A DNA stretch of 57,371 nt, counting the filler, from Dirinaria sp. TL-2023a (Eukaryota): NCBI GenBank assembly GCA_051941275.1. It is 3 parts of 3 records of this genome, joined end to end, with 100 filler letters (N's around TTAATTAATTAA, not from the genome) between each part and the next. Parts side by side here need not be neighbours in the genome. Positions count along the whole stretch, not along the records: positions 1 to 19,074 come from JAVEBF010000353.1; positions 19,175 to 38,223 come from JAVEBF010000355.1; 1 more part is not named here. One strand, 5' to 3'. Position 1 is the stretch's first letter, and each line of letters begins with the position of its first letter. Shown in pieces: positions 9,743-21,332 of the stretch. Under the pieces are notes generated by a model. The model made no database searches. It was not told the DNA's origin and saw nothing but the letters and a program-made list of their open reading frames with translations. The position numbers and the translations under genes were made by a program.

Positions 9743-11361
9743 TCATACCATGTCCTCTCCACGGACAACCTGCCTCTCGTCTTCCCCAATCACAGTCCTT
9801 TCATCTCCGTGCGTAGAGTTGGTCTCCATTGGTTTCCCAATTTCACTTAGAGGTACTCCTTGGACTCCTCCAGCCCTGCCCCATTCCCGCTCGTCGTCGG
9901 AGCTGTCTTCACTTCCACCCCTCACCTCTCGGCTTTCCACACAGATTGTTTCACTTACTAGAATACTGTTTTTGTTACTCAAAGCCTCGGCTCCCGTCTG
10001 GTCCAAACCCTGGGTGCTGTCTGTCGATTGTGTAGCGGTATGGTTTCTGTACACGTCTAGCGCTTTGTTGGCGTTCGAGAAGACCTTCGACGCCCGGGAA
10101 CCGACGGTAGGATGACTTTGTTTCGAGGAGTCGGACGTTGGATCTGAGGAGGCGTGTTTCTGATATGATTGGCCATTCTGCCGCGAAGGGAGGAAGTCGG
10201 ATGGCGTGGAGCGACGCAGTAAGATGAGGAAGAGTGGCCGGAGAGTGGGGATGCAGGCTGCTATAATAATGACATTCATCTCAATTCTGTAGAATTGCGG
10301 TTAGCGATAATGATATTGTTAAAGAAATTCCGTGGCGAAGTACTTACCCATTCCACATCAACAGCTCGACTGTGGCCCCTAAAAATTGTTAGCGCTCGGA
10401 CGCTTAAGCGAGAAATCGGCGCACGCTGCAGGGTACGAGGACGAGCCACTTACAAGTGATATCCGCTTTTGCATTGACCGTTATCGGCACTTTGGACGTT
10501 TTGACGCTAGCACAGATGCCTGCACTATATTCTCCGTCAGCCGTGCCCGTGCGCGTGAAACTTTGACACTTACAAGACGCCCATGCCGAGAAGACAGCTC
10601 ACTAGTAGCTTTCTCCTCAGAGTCAGCTGCAGCTTCCAAATCATGTCCACTGGTATGAGAGCGAGGGCGAAATCCAAGAAAGCCCAATAGCCTGATCGCG
10701 GAATTAGAAGGCTGGTTTGCAAGGCGGAACAGAGGCCGGCTTACTAGCAATAACCAAGTTCCAAGTATTGATCGGGTGTGGGTTCCAACAGTGAGCTTTG
10801 CCCTCCTTGACCAGTGCCTTGTCCCATACCGCTCGCGCAGGCTGGCATTGGGCGTAGAAGAATGTTAATGTGATCACCGCCGTTATGAAGACGCTGACAG
10901 AGATAGACCGGAGGAGCCACTTTCGCCACCTGCTTGGGCCAGCGATTCTTTCGATCAACAGCGCCACTGAGATCTTGCCAATGGCAATAGAAAACATGCA
11001 TAGTGATCGCGATACTGTATTGAGCTTGATAATATCTGGCAGTTCGGATGGCTGTATGTAGTATAGGTGTCTCGCGTAGCCTCTCTCAGCGTAGACGCTC
11101 CATATGACGGAAATGATGACATCGAGGATCTACGTAGATCAGAATTGTATGCAATGGTGACGGGCATGTGGTCTTTCAGAAACATACCAGTGCAAAGCAA
11201 ACGCAGAAATCATCCCACCACATATTGCGAGTAAGCCTTATCCTCGAATACATTCGGGAAACAACAAATATCATAGAGACGATCTCCAAAGACCAGGTAA
11301 AAGCATGCACCTCTGCTGCCCTGTTCTGGTCACCACCAGGTGGAGGCGGTCCTAGAGGCAT
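9743..11361 (-). CDS. PTH11-like integral membrane receptor (fungal rhodopsin-like 7TM domain, no CFEM domain)
   Basis: Multi-exon. MPLGPPPPGGDQNR..., VVSRMYSRIRLTRNMWWDD, KISVALLIERI, AQCQPARAVWD..HCW and IEMNVIIIAACIPTLRPLF are typical of the PTH11 family. Confidence 0.85.
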
Positions 11362-13345
11362 GTCGATGGTTTTCGACACGTCCAGCAGGTATAAGTCAAT
11401 CTGTGAAAATATAGAGAGAGCTTTGAAACCGCAAAAGAGATCGAACGCTGGAAATTCCACAGGCTTGGTAATCGAGGAGAACCACTCGATCCCAGATTCC
11501 CCCACCTCAAAAGGATCTATAGATGCCTTTGTACTCCATCTTCCAACCTGGAGGCCCCAGCTCCAGAAGCCGACAACCGGGTATTAGGCCGCTTGTCCGA
11601 CGGAGAAATTAATGCAAGACGGCAATTACTGCCTTGATGCAAGTGATTTCTCGACACAGGGTGGTCAATGCAGAAGAGTTCCTGGGCTCTGGGTCAGATG
11701 ACGGCCCAACGGTGAGCCAGTCAAAGCTTAGCATTGCGATTCCAGGCCCATGAAAGCGAATGGGGACGTGCTAGTCTCGAGCATAGTGTGAGACGGAACA
11801 AGAGTTCCAGCTAGCGCGCACGTAGAAATTTCGAAGCAATGTGTAGAGCCAGGTTGGTTGGACATTGTTGAGCCGCGCTTAGGGAGCCATTCGTTTAAGC
11901 GCACCATTGCCGCAACAACTTCGGAACGCAATCATTTTGCGGAGTACGGATACAAAGCGTGGGAAGCGGTGTAGCTGAAACCACACAAGATGGGCAATTA
12001 TTGTCCATAATTGCTAGGAGCGTTGGTTGCCGTTCTGCCGTGTCCCGATCTAGTGGCAATTTCGGCTCGAATTGTCGGGCACAAGGGAGATTAACAATCC
12101 AATCCATAGGGATTTGGTTCGTTGACTTCTCTGTTGCACCATACTTTAAGAAGGCAAGGGAAATTCATGCGCTTATGGCAATTCCTATCAATCCATAGGT
12201 CAGCTAGAACAGAGTATGAGATAGATGATGCTCATCTCGTGATAGTAATAATAATACTGGCACAACAGCCTCGCGGCTCAATTGGCACCGGCTTTCACTT
12301 CCCTGCTGAATTTCAGGCCCACGTAATGTCGCTTGTTTCGTGCTTCTAGACGAGCTTTCGTCCCATCCATTCATTAGCTGTGTATGATTGACACGTCTTA
12401 CGTTGCAGCAGAAGAAGAAACGAGTCATCGAGCCTCGCCAGAGACACAGTGCTTGAAATCTGGGACAGATCAGAGATCCAAGGTCTGTCATGGTACTGTT
12501 CTAAGATCACCGCCAGAGGTCTTGGTAGTACACGCTAGGTACCTTAATGCAAGATCCTTTGAAAGCGAGGTCATAGTAGTTACGGGGTGCTGCAAGGGTA
12601 ATGAAATGTTGTGCATTTTCCTTGTGGTATTCGCCGTGGCCGAATCGGACCGCTACCCTAGAAAGTGCGATCAGTCCATACGCGATTTAACGCTTACTAG
12701 CTCCGGGGGCGAACGTCCTTAAGGTAATGCCAACAGCTATTCTTGGATGCAGATCACGAGTACCTCTTATGTCCGATGGTTTCAGACATTAGAGTCAATT
12801 CAATACACTGACAAGCCTTTCCGTAGATTATTGGGTGAGCTGCCACAGTAAGCACTAGTCTCCCCGCGAGACTGCGTACAATCATAGGATATTGGATGAA
12901 CCACATCCCAAGCATCATTTCTATGAAATGCATCGTAAACCTAGATGAATCAATGGTTGAGATTGAGGACAGAAAAGATTGATGAGAAAGAATTCTGCAT
13001 TCAATTTAAAGAAGAAACGAGATATTCAGTTTCTGTGTATAACATATACTCCCCTGCGATCAAATACCCACGTTCGATGAGGGTCAGAATTCAAAGATCT
13101 TCCTCGTGACTTATGCCAAGCGCGACCAGCCCAATGTATGAGGCAACCGGGAAGGCAATCTTGTGGGTTGACATAATTGCCTAAGATTGAAGTGCAAGCA
13201 TAATCGAAAGCTTCCACAGAATGAAAGTCCTGGGGAGAAAGCAATGATGCAGCAATTTACAGCGTTCTATAGCTTTTCACTACATATGAGAGTCGCTGAT
13301 GTAGCGCCATCTACCTACCTTACCCAATGGCCCCCTGACTCTGAT

Positions 13346-14645
13346 CTACGGATTCTGCTTAGCAAACGCAACACCTGTGATGCTGTTAGTACAGTCTTTG
13401 TGGAGGGCAAGAATTTGTGGCGCACCCTTCTCGATATTCTTCTTAAGATCCGTTTTGCACGCATCTAACAGCTTCTGTTCATATGGTGTAATCTTGCCGA
13501 CGTCGTTGACCTTCTCCACCCCATTGGGTCCGAGCTCGACCTTAGAAGCAAAAAAGTCAATGCCTTCATCCTTGTAGAGCGGGCTGTCCACGAAGGTAGG
13601 CTCAACGACGCCTTTCTGCCCCTGTGCGGCCTTGAGTAGGCTCTCGGCAAACCTAGCACCAGCCATTGCCATCGAGAGAGTTGCTGATCCAGCTCCATCC
13701 TTTGCCTTCACAACCTCATCACCGCCGAATTGTACGCGGTAGACGAAATCATCAAGCTCCTTGCCTTCGAGCGAGTAACCAGCTTGGGACAGGAGAGGAA
13801 CTATCGTAGCACCAGAGTGACCTCCAATGACAGTGATGTTTTCGTCGGCCGGATCAGTGCCCTTAAGCTGGGAGATGAAACGGGAGGCCCGGACGACATC
13901 GAGAGTGGTGACTCCAAACAAGCGCTTAGGGTTATAGGCGTTCCTCGACTTAAAAACTTCCGCGCAAATTGGAACGGTGGAATTGACCTTGTGCATCATT
14001 AGCAGGCTAATACCGTGTGAAGATGATGTTGAGTATGTACAGGATTAGATATGACAAGGGTATTGGCTTCTGGTGCAGCTTCTGCAACGGCTTTTGCGAG
14101 GTCTCGGACAATAGAAGCATTGGTGTTGAACAAGTCTGTAAGAGCTTGAGTACATTCCTAGATATTTACTGAGGGCCAAAGTGGGCGTACCGTCACGGGT
14201 CATTCCTGGTTTTCTTGGTACACCTGCGGGAATCAGGACGATCTCAGCTCCCGAAAGAGCCTTCTTCAAGCCATCTTCATCAGGCTGGTAGCCAGTCACA
14301 ACGCTTTTGGTATTAATGTGGCTGATGTCGGCAGCGACACCTACGTCGGATCAGTCAAAGTTCATTTCACATAAAGCAACAGAAGCACTGACCAGGCCCG
14401 CCTTTAATATCGTACAGTGCAAGCTCCGTAACTCTAGGGTTCAGCTTCATCAACAAGGACAATGGCTGACCAATTCCTCCAGCACCACCGAGAACGGTGA
14501 CTTTCGACGCCTAGAGCAGTCAATGCCCATCAATGGTAGACCTCAGGTGTAAGTTCGCTTCCTGGGTAGCGCTGCTTACCTGTCGAGCCGAGGCCGAAAA
14601 GGCTCTTCGCTGGCAAGCGGCGAAGATGTGTCTTGAGGCGATCAT
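13346..14645 (-). CDS. mdh1: Mitochondrial NAD-dependent malate dehydrogenase
   Basis: ATG 14645 with presequence [22 protein letters not shown]. Motifs [61 protein letters not shown]. Last intron 13425-13375. Confidence 0.95.
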
Positions 14646-15001
14646 GATGGAGTGTGAAGCTAGAGATCCGATCAAGCACGCAATTTAACTCAATGCTATA
14701 GAGTGAGATTTTCTGGAGCAGCGGTAGATACGGCCAGATGGAGCTCGGAGGAAATGTTCCATTACTTGTTTTCTACTAAGCCTGATTAGGTTCGGTTTCC
14801 ATCAAGAAACCTTAGGGTGAGCACAGGGTTTTGACGTTTCTGTCCGGCCCCTCAGCCTTATCTCCGATTATAAGGAATGCAACGAACCCAAGCCGTTGAT
14901 ACACAAGGTAAGATCTTACACACGGAATCGAATGTTGGGTTTTGTCTGATAATCCATTTGCCTCTGTTGCCACCCTTACACAAACCAGCATCCAATTTCA
15001 A

Positions 15002-16042
15002 CTAGGAATCTCTAGTTTTCCTAGCCTTCAAAAAATCATATTCTTCTCCCTTCAGCTTGGCTAAACGGACCAATAGCCATTCTTCAAAGCTCATCGGGTC
15101 CCGTCCCAAGATCCATCTCATCACATTTGGACTACCAAGGAGTCCGTGGTAATTGTACCACAGATGGAGCCTTCGACATGCATCAACAGTGTAAGGGTGC
15201 GATGGCAGCCCTACAACCTTGTTTGCCTCATAACCCAGAGTCTCGTCGAGAGATAGAGCTTCCGCCTTGAGCTCCTTGCCCAAGATCTTGCTAGCCCGCT
15301 CGCATTGGTCTCGACGACTCAGGGGCTCTGTACTTACGACCTGGTACTGTGCGAGATAGTGCTTCTGGCGCTCTGACAGTACGATCGAGCTTACTTCTCC
15401 GAGGTCGTAGAGGCAGGTATGGGAAGACCTCGAATCGACATTCCAACGAGATGAGCAGATCCCAGTATCAAGAGCTTGTTGGACTGGGAACGCCTCGGTA
15501 AAGTTACTAGGGTTGAGGATCGTATAATTCAATCCGGATTCAATCAGGTACTCCTCCTAAAGGACTGAGAGTAAGTAGCGCTTCGACAATCTGCAACAAT
15601 GGGAGATTGCCAAAAGCAACGATCTAAAGGCGATGGAAAGACGGCATACAACGTAGCGCTTGCCGTCATGGTTGAGCATTTTCCGAATCTGTGTGTTCAA
15701 CACGCTGCTAAAGACAAAGTGCTTGAAAGCACCTCCTTGCGCAACGGCAGCATCGATCATATTGTATCCGATTTCTGTTTCGTGTGGATGGAGGGGTGGG
15801 CCGATGTGGTACAGAGCGGTGACGCCAGTGAGTAATTGGCGGCATTCGGTGGGCTCTGCGAGGTTGACTTGGACAACCTCAGCGTTGGGATACGCTTTCT
15901 CCAGGCGATCACGGGAAGACTCGCTGTTGACGGCAAGTCGTAAGTGCTTCCATTTTGGAACAAGGAAAGGCAGTAAGAAAGCTCCTTGCTTTCCACTTGC
16001 ACAGGTGACCAAAATGAGATCTTTTGAGTAGTCGACAGACAT
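15002..16042 (-). CDS. NmrA-like / atypical SDR NAD(P)-binding protein
   Basis: MSVDYSKDLILVTCASGKQG (Rossmann start), HFVFSSV, HDGKRYV|EEYLIESGLNYTILNP across intron 15649-15557. Confidence 0.85.
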
Positions 16043-16858
16043 GATCACAGATAAGAGAGTGATTGGTCTCTGGACAGAGTATGGGCTGATGGACTTTGGA
16101 AAGTAAGTATAGAAAGAGATATGGTGGGGCGGTACGGCGAGCAATTCTCGGTGGGTGGGTCACTACTATGCTTCCTTCCACTCGACCCTTAGCGTAGAGT
16201 TGCCGTTCGAATCTACAGTACATATACAGTATGTACATATTCGAAAGTCCAGAAGATTTTGGGCCAGATCCTGAATCCTGATACCACATATATTTGGTTG
16301 CATGTGCTTACTGCTTACTGTTGGCTCGGACATTGCCTTCTTCCATCGGGCGACAAGTGCACCACCACCGTAACTACTGTGTTAGCCTGCTTGTACCTTA
16401 CTACGCTACAGTAGTACCCTGTACCTTAAGGTAGGTAGGTACCGTAGTGTAGAAGTAATTTTCACAGTAGCATTATTGGGAGCCATGGCTCGGCCTCCTT
16501 TTACTTTTAGGTTCTCTCGAGGGTCCTAAGGGTCCGTATTCGTATTCGCTTCTTGCCGGCGCGCCAAGCATCCAGGAACCAGGTTCCGGCCGAGCCGGCC
16601 TTGAAGAAACGGTTCGCCTCAGTTGCACCGGCGTACCTTAAGGTAGAGCAAATACCAATACCTGGTATTGACTATTGCCCTTGCCAAGATACAACCTTCC
16701 TTTACTCTACTCCGCTACCACCAAGCAATGACACACCTCGAAATAGCAGTCACATGCCCGGTCTGCAAACCTAAGGAAGAAGGATTGACTATAATTATGG
16801 CCTTCTCCGCCCCAATTGCAGCATCATTAGTATTGTTCTTATTCCACCCTCCGTCCCA

Positions 16859-18648
16859 ATGTTTCTCTCCGGGGTAATTGTCCTTGCCCTTGCCTGCGCG
16901 GGCCTATCTGTTCCACTATCAGAGGATGGCGCTCATGGGAGCTTGCAAAAGAGAGCCGTCACTCCTGATGCCACTTGTGGAGGCACGAAAGGGTATACCT
17001 GTCAGGGTTCCACCTTCGGCAACTGCTGCAGTGTGAATGGGTGGTGGTAAGTGAATAGCTCAAAGGACTCCAGCTCCGGCATTTTCAAACTGACAACAAT
17101 CACTTCAGTGGATCCACCTCCGCCTACTGCGGTACTGGCTGCCAATCCAAGTATGGAAGTTGCACGGGCTCGACCACCACGAAACCTCCTACTCCTCCAA
17201 CACCCTCATCCACGGCATTAGCAGACTGCCTCGCTGCAAGTAACGTACCTGTGAAGTTTGCTTCTTCCTCGGATTTTTCGACTTTGGCCAAGCCGTACAA
17301 TCTACGGCTAGCGTATACGCCTGCAGTCATTGTTCTGCCAACGACAACGAAGCATATCTCAGATAGTGTCGTCTGCGCCGGTAAGAGCAAAATCAAGGTT
17401 CAAGCTAAAGGAGGAGGCCATTCGTACGCTTCCTTCAGCTCCGGGGGTCAAAATGGAGCTATGGTCATCGATCTGGAGGGCTTCCAGAACATCACGCTGG
17501 ACACTACAACTCAAATAGCGAAAGTTGGTGGAGGGGTGAGACTAGGTAATCTGGCATTGGGCATCTACAACCAGGGTCAGCGAGCTCTACCGCATGGCAC
17601 TTGCCCCGGTGTCGGCGTAGGCGGCCACGCAACTCACGGTGGCTTTGGCTACTCATCACGTGCCTGGGGCTTGACTCTGGATACAATAGTTGGGCTGGAT
17701 GTTGTTCTCGCCAATGGTAGCTTCATCCACGCTACCAGCACTGCCTACGCGGACATCTTCTATGCACTGCGTGGCGCCGCTGACTCCTTTGGCGTCGTGA
17801 CCGCCTTCTATCTCAAAACGCAGCCAGCACCAAGCACGGTCATCAACTACTCTTTCTCCCTAGCCAACATGTTCAAATCTGCCGCAACTCTGACATCCAC
17901 GTTGAGCCATGTTCAGGCTTTTGCGCAGAACGCGTCAGTCGTGAACCGCAACCTTGGCTTGGGCATGTACTTTGATGGTTCCGGATTCAGCATCTCAGGC
18001 ACCTACTTCGGGTCATTGACCGACTTCAACAACAAGATAAAGCCAGAGCTGCTGCGCGGCTTGCCGACGCCGTCTACTTCATCAGTAAATGCCATGGGAT
18101 GGATTGACTCCTTGACAAATCTTGCCAACGGTGTCGCGCTTCAGCAGCCACTGACAGGGTACAATCTCCACGACGACTTCTTTGCCAAGAGTGTGGTCGT
18201 GCCTTCATCCACGCCTCTCACCACCGCCGCCTTGAACAACTACTTCAACTACATCATCTCCTCCAGCGCGAATGCAGGGAGCTGGTTCAGCATCGTCAAC
18301 CTCTACGGAGGCCCGGACTCCCAAATCAACGTTCCTTCCCCTAGTAGCTCCGCCTACAGCGACCGCTCTGCTCTCTGGGTCATCCAGCACTACGGCTTCA
18401 CAGGCAACACGAACTCGCCCTTCCCGGCCGCGACCACCGATTTCGTGAACGGTCTCAACACAGCGCTCGAAAGCAAGATGCCGAACACCGTCTTTGGCGG
18501 TTATCTCAACTACGTCGATCCCAGCTTGACCGCTGCCCAGGCGCATACGGAGTATTATTCCGATGCGACGTATCAGAAGCTACTCGGCATCAAGAAGATC
18601 GTGGATCCCGGAGCGGTATTTTGGAATCCGCAGGCTATTGGTGCTTGA
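16859..18648 (+). CDS. Secreted FAD-linked oligosaccharide oxidase (CAZy AA7 / BBE-like) with N-terminal hevein-type CBM18 chitin-binding module
   Basis: Signal peptide, KR processing site, 8-Cys module TCGGTKGYTCQGSTFGNCCSVNGWCGSTSAYCGTGCQSKYGSC (intron 17047-17108), Thr/Pro linker, FAD motifs KGGGHSY and HGTCPGVGVGGH, C-terminal GGYLNYVD and KKIVDPGAVFWNPQ. Confidence 0.9.
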
Positions 18649-19074
18649 GATCGGAATTCCAACGGGGAAAAAAAATTGAGCATAGCGAGGTGCTTGGGAA
18701 AAATCACATCTGTGTGTGCCGCTTGCTTAAAAGCTAGAATAACGATGCAATGAAGCAAAAAAAAAAAACCTCTACCCATGTACGCTGATCTTCACAAGCA
18801 AGTCCAACGTTTCCCTTCAATCTCAAAATCTTATAGATAAAGTTCCACCAAACTCACTTATTCATGAATATGATTGTAACCCCCTTGTTCGTTATAGCTA
18901 TATGATTACCAACTTTCTTCCCCCAAACCCTCTCCTACATAACAGATTACAGTATTTTAGTTCAACCCGTTCTTCCTCCTATTATTCGTTTTAGGCCTTG
19001 TAACTTGTTTCTGGGAGTATCACTCTGAAGGCATGGAAGGCTTGTTTGGGAAGAGGGAAGGCTTTGTTTGGGAG

Positions 19075-19174
19075 NNNNNNNNNNNNNNNNNNNNNNNNNN
19101 NNNNNNNNNNNNNNNNNNTTAATTAATTAANNNNNNNNNNNNNNNNNNNNNNNNNNNNNNNNNNNNNNNNNNNN
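19075..19174. other. Artificial assembly linker / gap
   Basis: 44 N + TTAATTAATTAA (stops in all six frames) + 44 N, exactly 100 bp. Confidence 0.95.
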
Positions 19175-19522
19175 CTTCAAATCAGGCTCGCAGGCTCTGG
19201 CCTTTTTGATTTTCACAGTTACTGCCTAAGGTACTTACTCTGCCTTACTTTATTCTACCACCTTTTGACTTGAATGCTGCCTTGGTAATTACTTTATTAG
19301 CCTCAAATCTGCACGTGGCAAACGAACGCGGATCTGTGCCTGACAAAGAGGTCAATCGTGGTCGCATATAACCGCTTTTGCCACCCCCAAAAGCCCCTTC
19401 TACCATCACCCACCAAACAAGGCGGTACTTTGATAATCACCGAATACCTTGGGTGCGAGCATTTGAACGCGTGGTGTTACACAAGACATCTCAGCTTCCG
19501 GTACTGCAAGGCAGTGGGTGAG

Positions 19523-20647
19523 ATGGGCCAGCGGTAGGTCGAACACTTTCATTGTCGGCTTGCCTTGCGCAGGGACCTTTGAACAAATATTGAGACGAAT
19601 TGCCTCCGACAACTTCACATCTGGAAGAACGCTGCAGACTGCTAGGGCGTGCCTGAGGCTCTAGTTGTAATTTCAAGGCGCTTGAGAGCGCTGACGCCCC
19701 TTCCGTCGCATAATCTCAGTCTCGATAATGAAATAGTGCGCGGTGATGTAGATGGGAAACCTCACCGAGAATTGTTTTTTTGCTTCGAAGTAGTTTGACC
19801 TCCTACTGACTTCTCCTCAGTCAGTCCAAGCTCTCGCAAGAGCAACTTAGTCAACTGCAGAAAGACACTCATTTTGACAAGAAAGAGCTCCAACAATGGT
19901 ACAAAGGTTAGTCAGCGATCACGATAACCTTTCCCATAACGATTGCTGATGGGTCTCTGTTTTCCAGGCTTCCTTAAGGACTGCCCAAGCGGCATGCTTT
20001 CCAAGCAAGAATTCCAAAAGATATACAAGCAGTTCTTTCCCTTTGGCGACCCGACGTCTTTTGCAGACTACGTCTTTAACGTCTTCGATTCAGACAAGTC
20101 TGGAACGATAGACTTCAAAGAGTTCATATGCGCTCTGAGCGTGACATCAAGAGGGAAGATGGAGGATAAGTTGGATTGGGCCTTCCAATTGTACGATATT
20201 GATGGGTAGGTGCTCCAAGACGCAACTCCAATCGTACCGTGCATGATCATCTATTCCGAGGCGAATCTCACAAAGTTTTGAGCTCGAATGACCCTCAAAC
20301 TGAAACAACATTTGAGAGCGAAGTGCTGATAACATATTTCTGTGCAGAGATGGCAAGATCAGCTACGACGAAATGCTTAAAATCGTAGAAGCGATATATA
20401 AGATGGTGCGTGCGAAGGCAGAATAACCCGAAAATGGTTGAGATTGCTAATCAGAAGTGTCGCCCAGGTCGGATCCATGGTTAAACTCCCAGCAGACGAG
20501 GACACGCCTGAGAAAAGAGTGAGCAAGATATTCCGGATGATGGACAAGGACGAGAACGGCTCGCTAGACATGGCCGAATTCAAAGAAGGCAGCAAGCGGG
20601 ATGAGACAATAGTCTCTGCACTCTCGTTGTATGACGGGCTCGTCTGA
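19523..20647 (+). CDS. ncs1: Neuronal calcium sensor / frequenin family EF-hand protein
   Basis: Exons 19821-19906, 19968-20205, 20348-20405, 20468-20647 give [64 protein letters not shown]. First exon inferred as 19523-19533 (ATG GGC CAG CG|GTAGGT). Confidence 0.92.
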
Positions 20648-21332
20648 ATCTTAAGGTATCGCGCTCTTCCATTTTTCTCTACTATTTCTATTTCTCCGGC
20701 GCACTGTGGGAGGCAGATTAGCATTGTCAATGCGATGTATGGATTATCCCCAAGTACATCTTGAAGCATAGGCAGCCGGATGAGGATATTGGTGTTAGGC
20801 TTCAGGGTGGTCGGCATTACCTCAAGAGTTGGATACAGAGTTCAAGGCGTGAATAGCAGCGCAAACAGGTCACCTGGAGATAGAGCCTCCTGTGGTTTGA
20901 ACAATGGTCAAATTTATACAATTGTGAAGAAATAAACAATCTACAATGCAACAAGCTTGAAAGACCTCGCGTCACGGTTTAAGTTTGGAAATGCGTGTCG
21001 ATACTGGATATGTTGCCAAGGCCCTGAATTTAAAGAGAATGCGGCGGCCCGAGAATTCTCCGAGGCCTCTAGGAAAGGTGTCAGAAAAGAAAATACCTTA
21101 CTCGTGCCTTAAGTATCATCTAGATCTGACTCTTCCGCAGATGTCTCGTTGTTCATTTGGCCACTGCTATCTTCGTCATCAGGTCCAGAGCGTATAATAC
21201 TCGGGCACCTTGCGCACATCACGGGAGAGAGTTCGCGCTCCTTGAAGAGCTACAACCCCGACTTTGCTCATCAGCCGCAACTCCTGAATTCTGCCCTCAC
21301 CGTGCCAGTCTTCGAGTCGAAGTCTCCTAACC

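Noticed and set aside
12881..12990. TCATAGGAT and ATCATTTCTAT resembling the U3 snoRNA 5' domain
   Set aside because: The pieces are not contiguous as in U3 and no convincing B/C/D architecture follows.
13280..13425. Stop-free 51-nt last intron and possible readthrough in mdh1 as a cryptic peroxisomal-targeting mechanism
   Set aside because: Retention, the alternative acceptor and readthrough of TAG all give C-termini without an SKL-like PTS1, and the stop context (TAG ATC) is not a readthrough motif.
9743..18648. Possible secondary-metabolite cluster (PTH11-like, NmrA-like, FAD oxidase)
   Set aside because: No PKS, NRPS, terpene synthase or pathway regulator; mdh1 sits in the middle and the oxidase is a secreted carbohydrate-active type.
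19119..19130. TTAATTAATTAA as a transposon target site or regulatory palindrome
   Set aside because: Centred in N runs and repeated identically at 38268-38279; a synthetic spacer.
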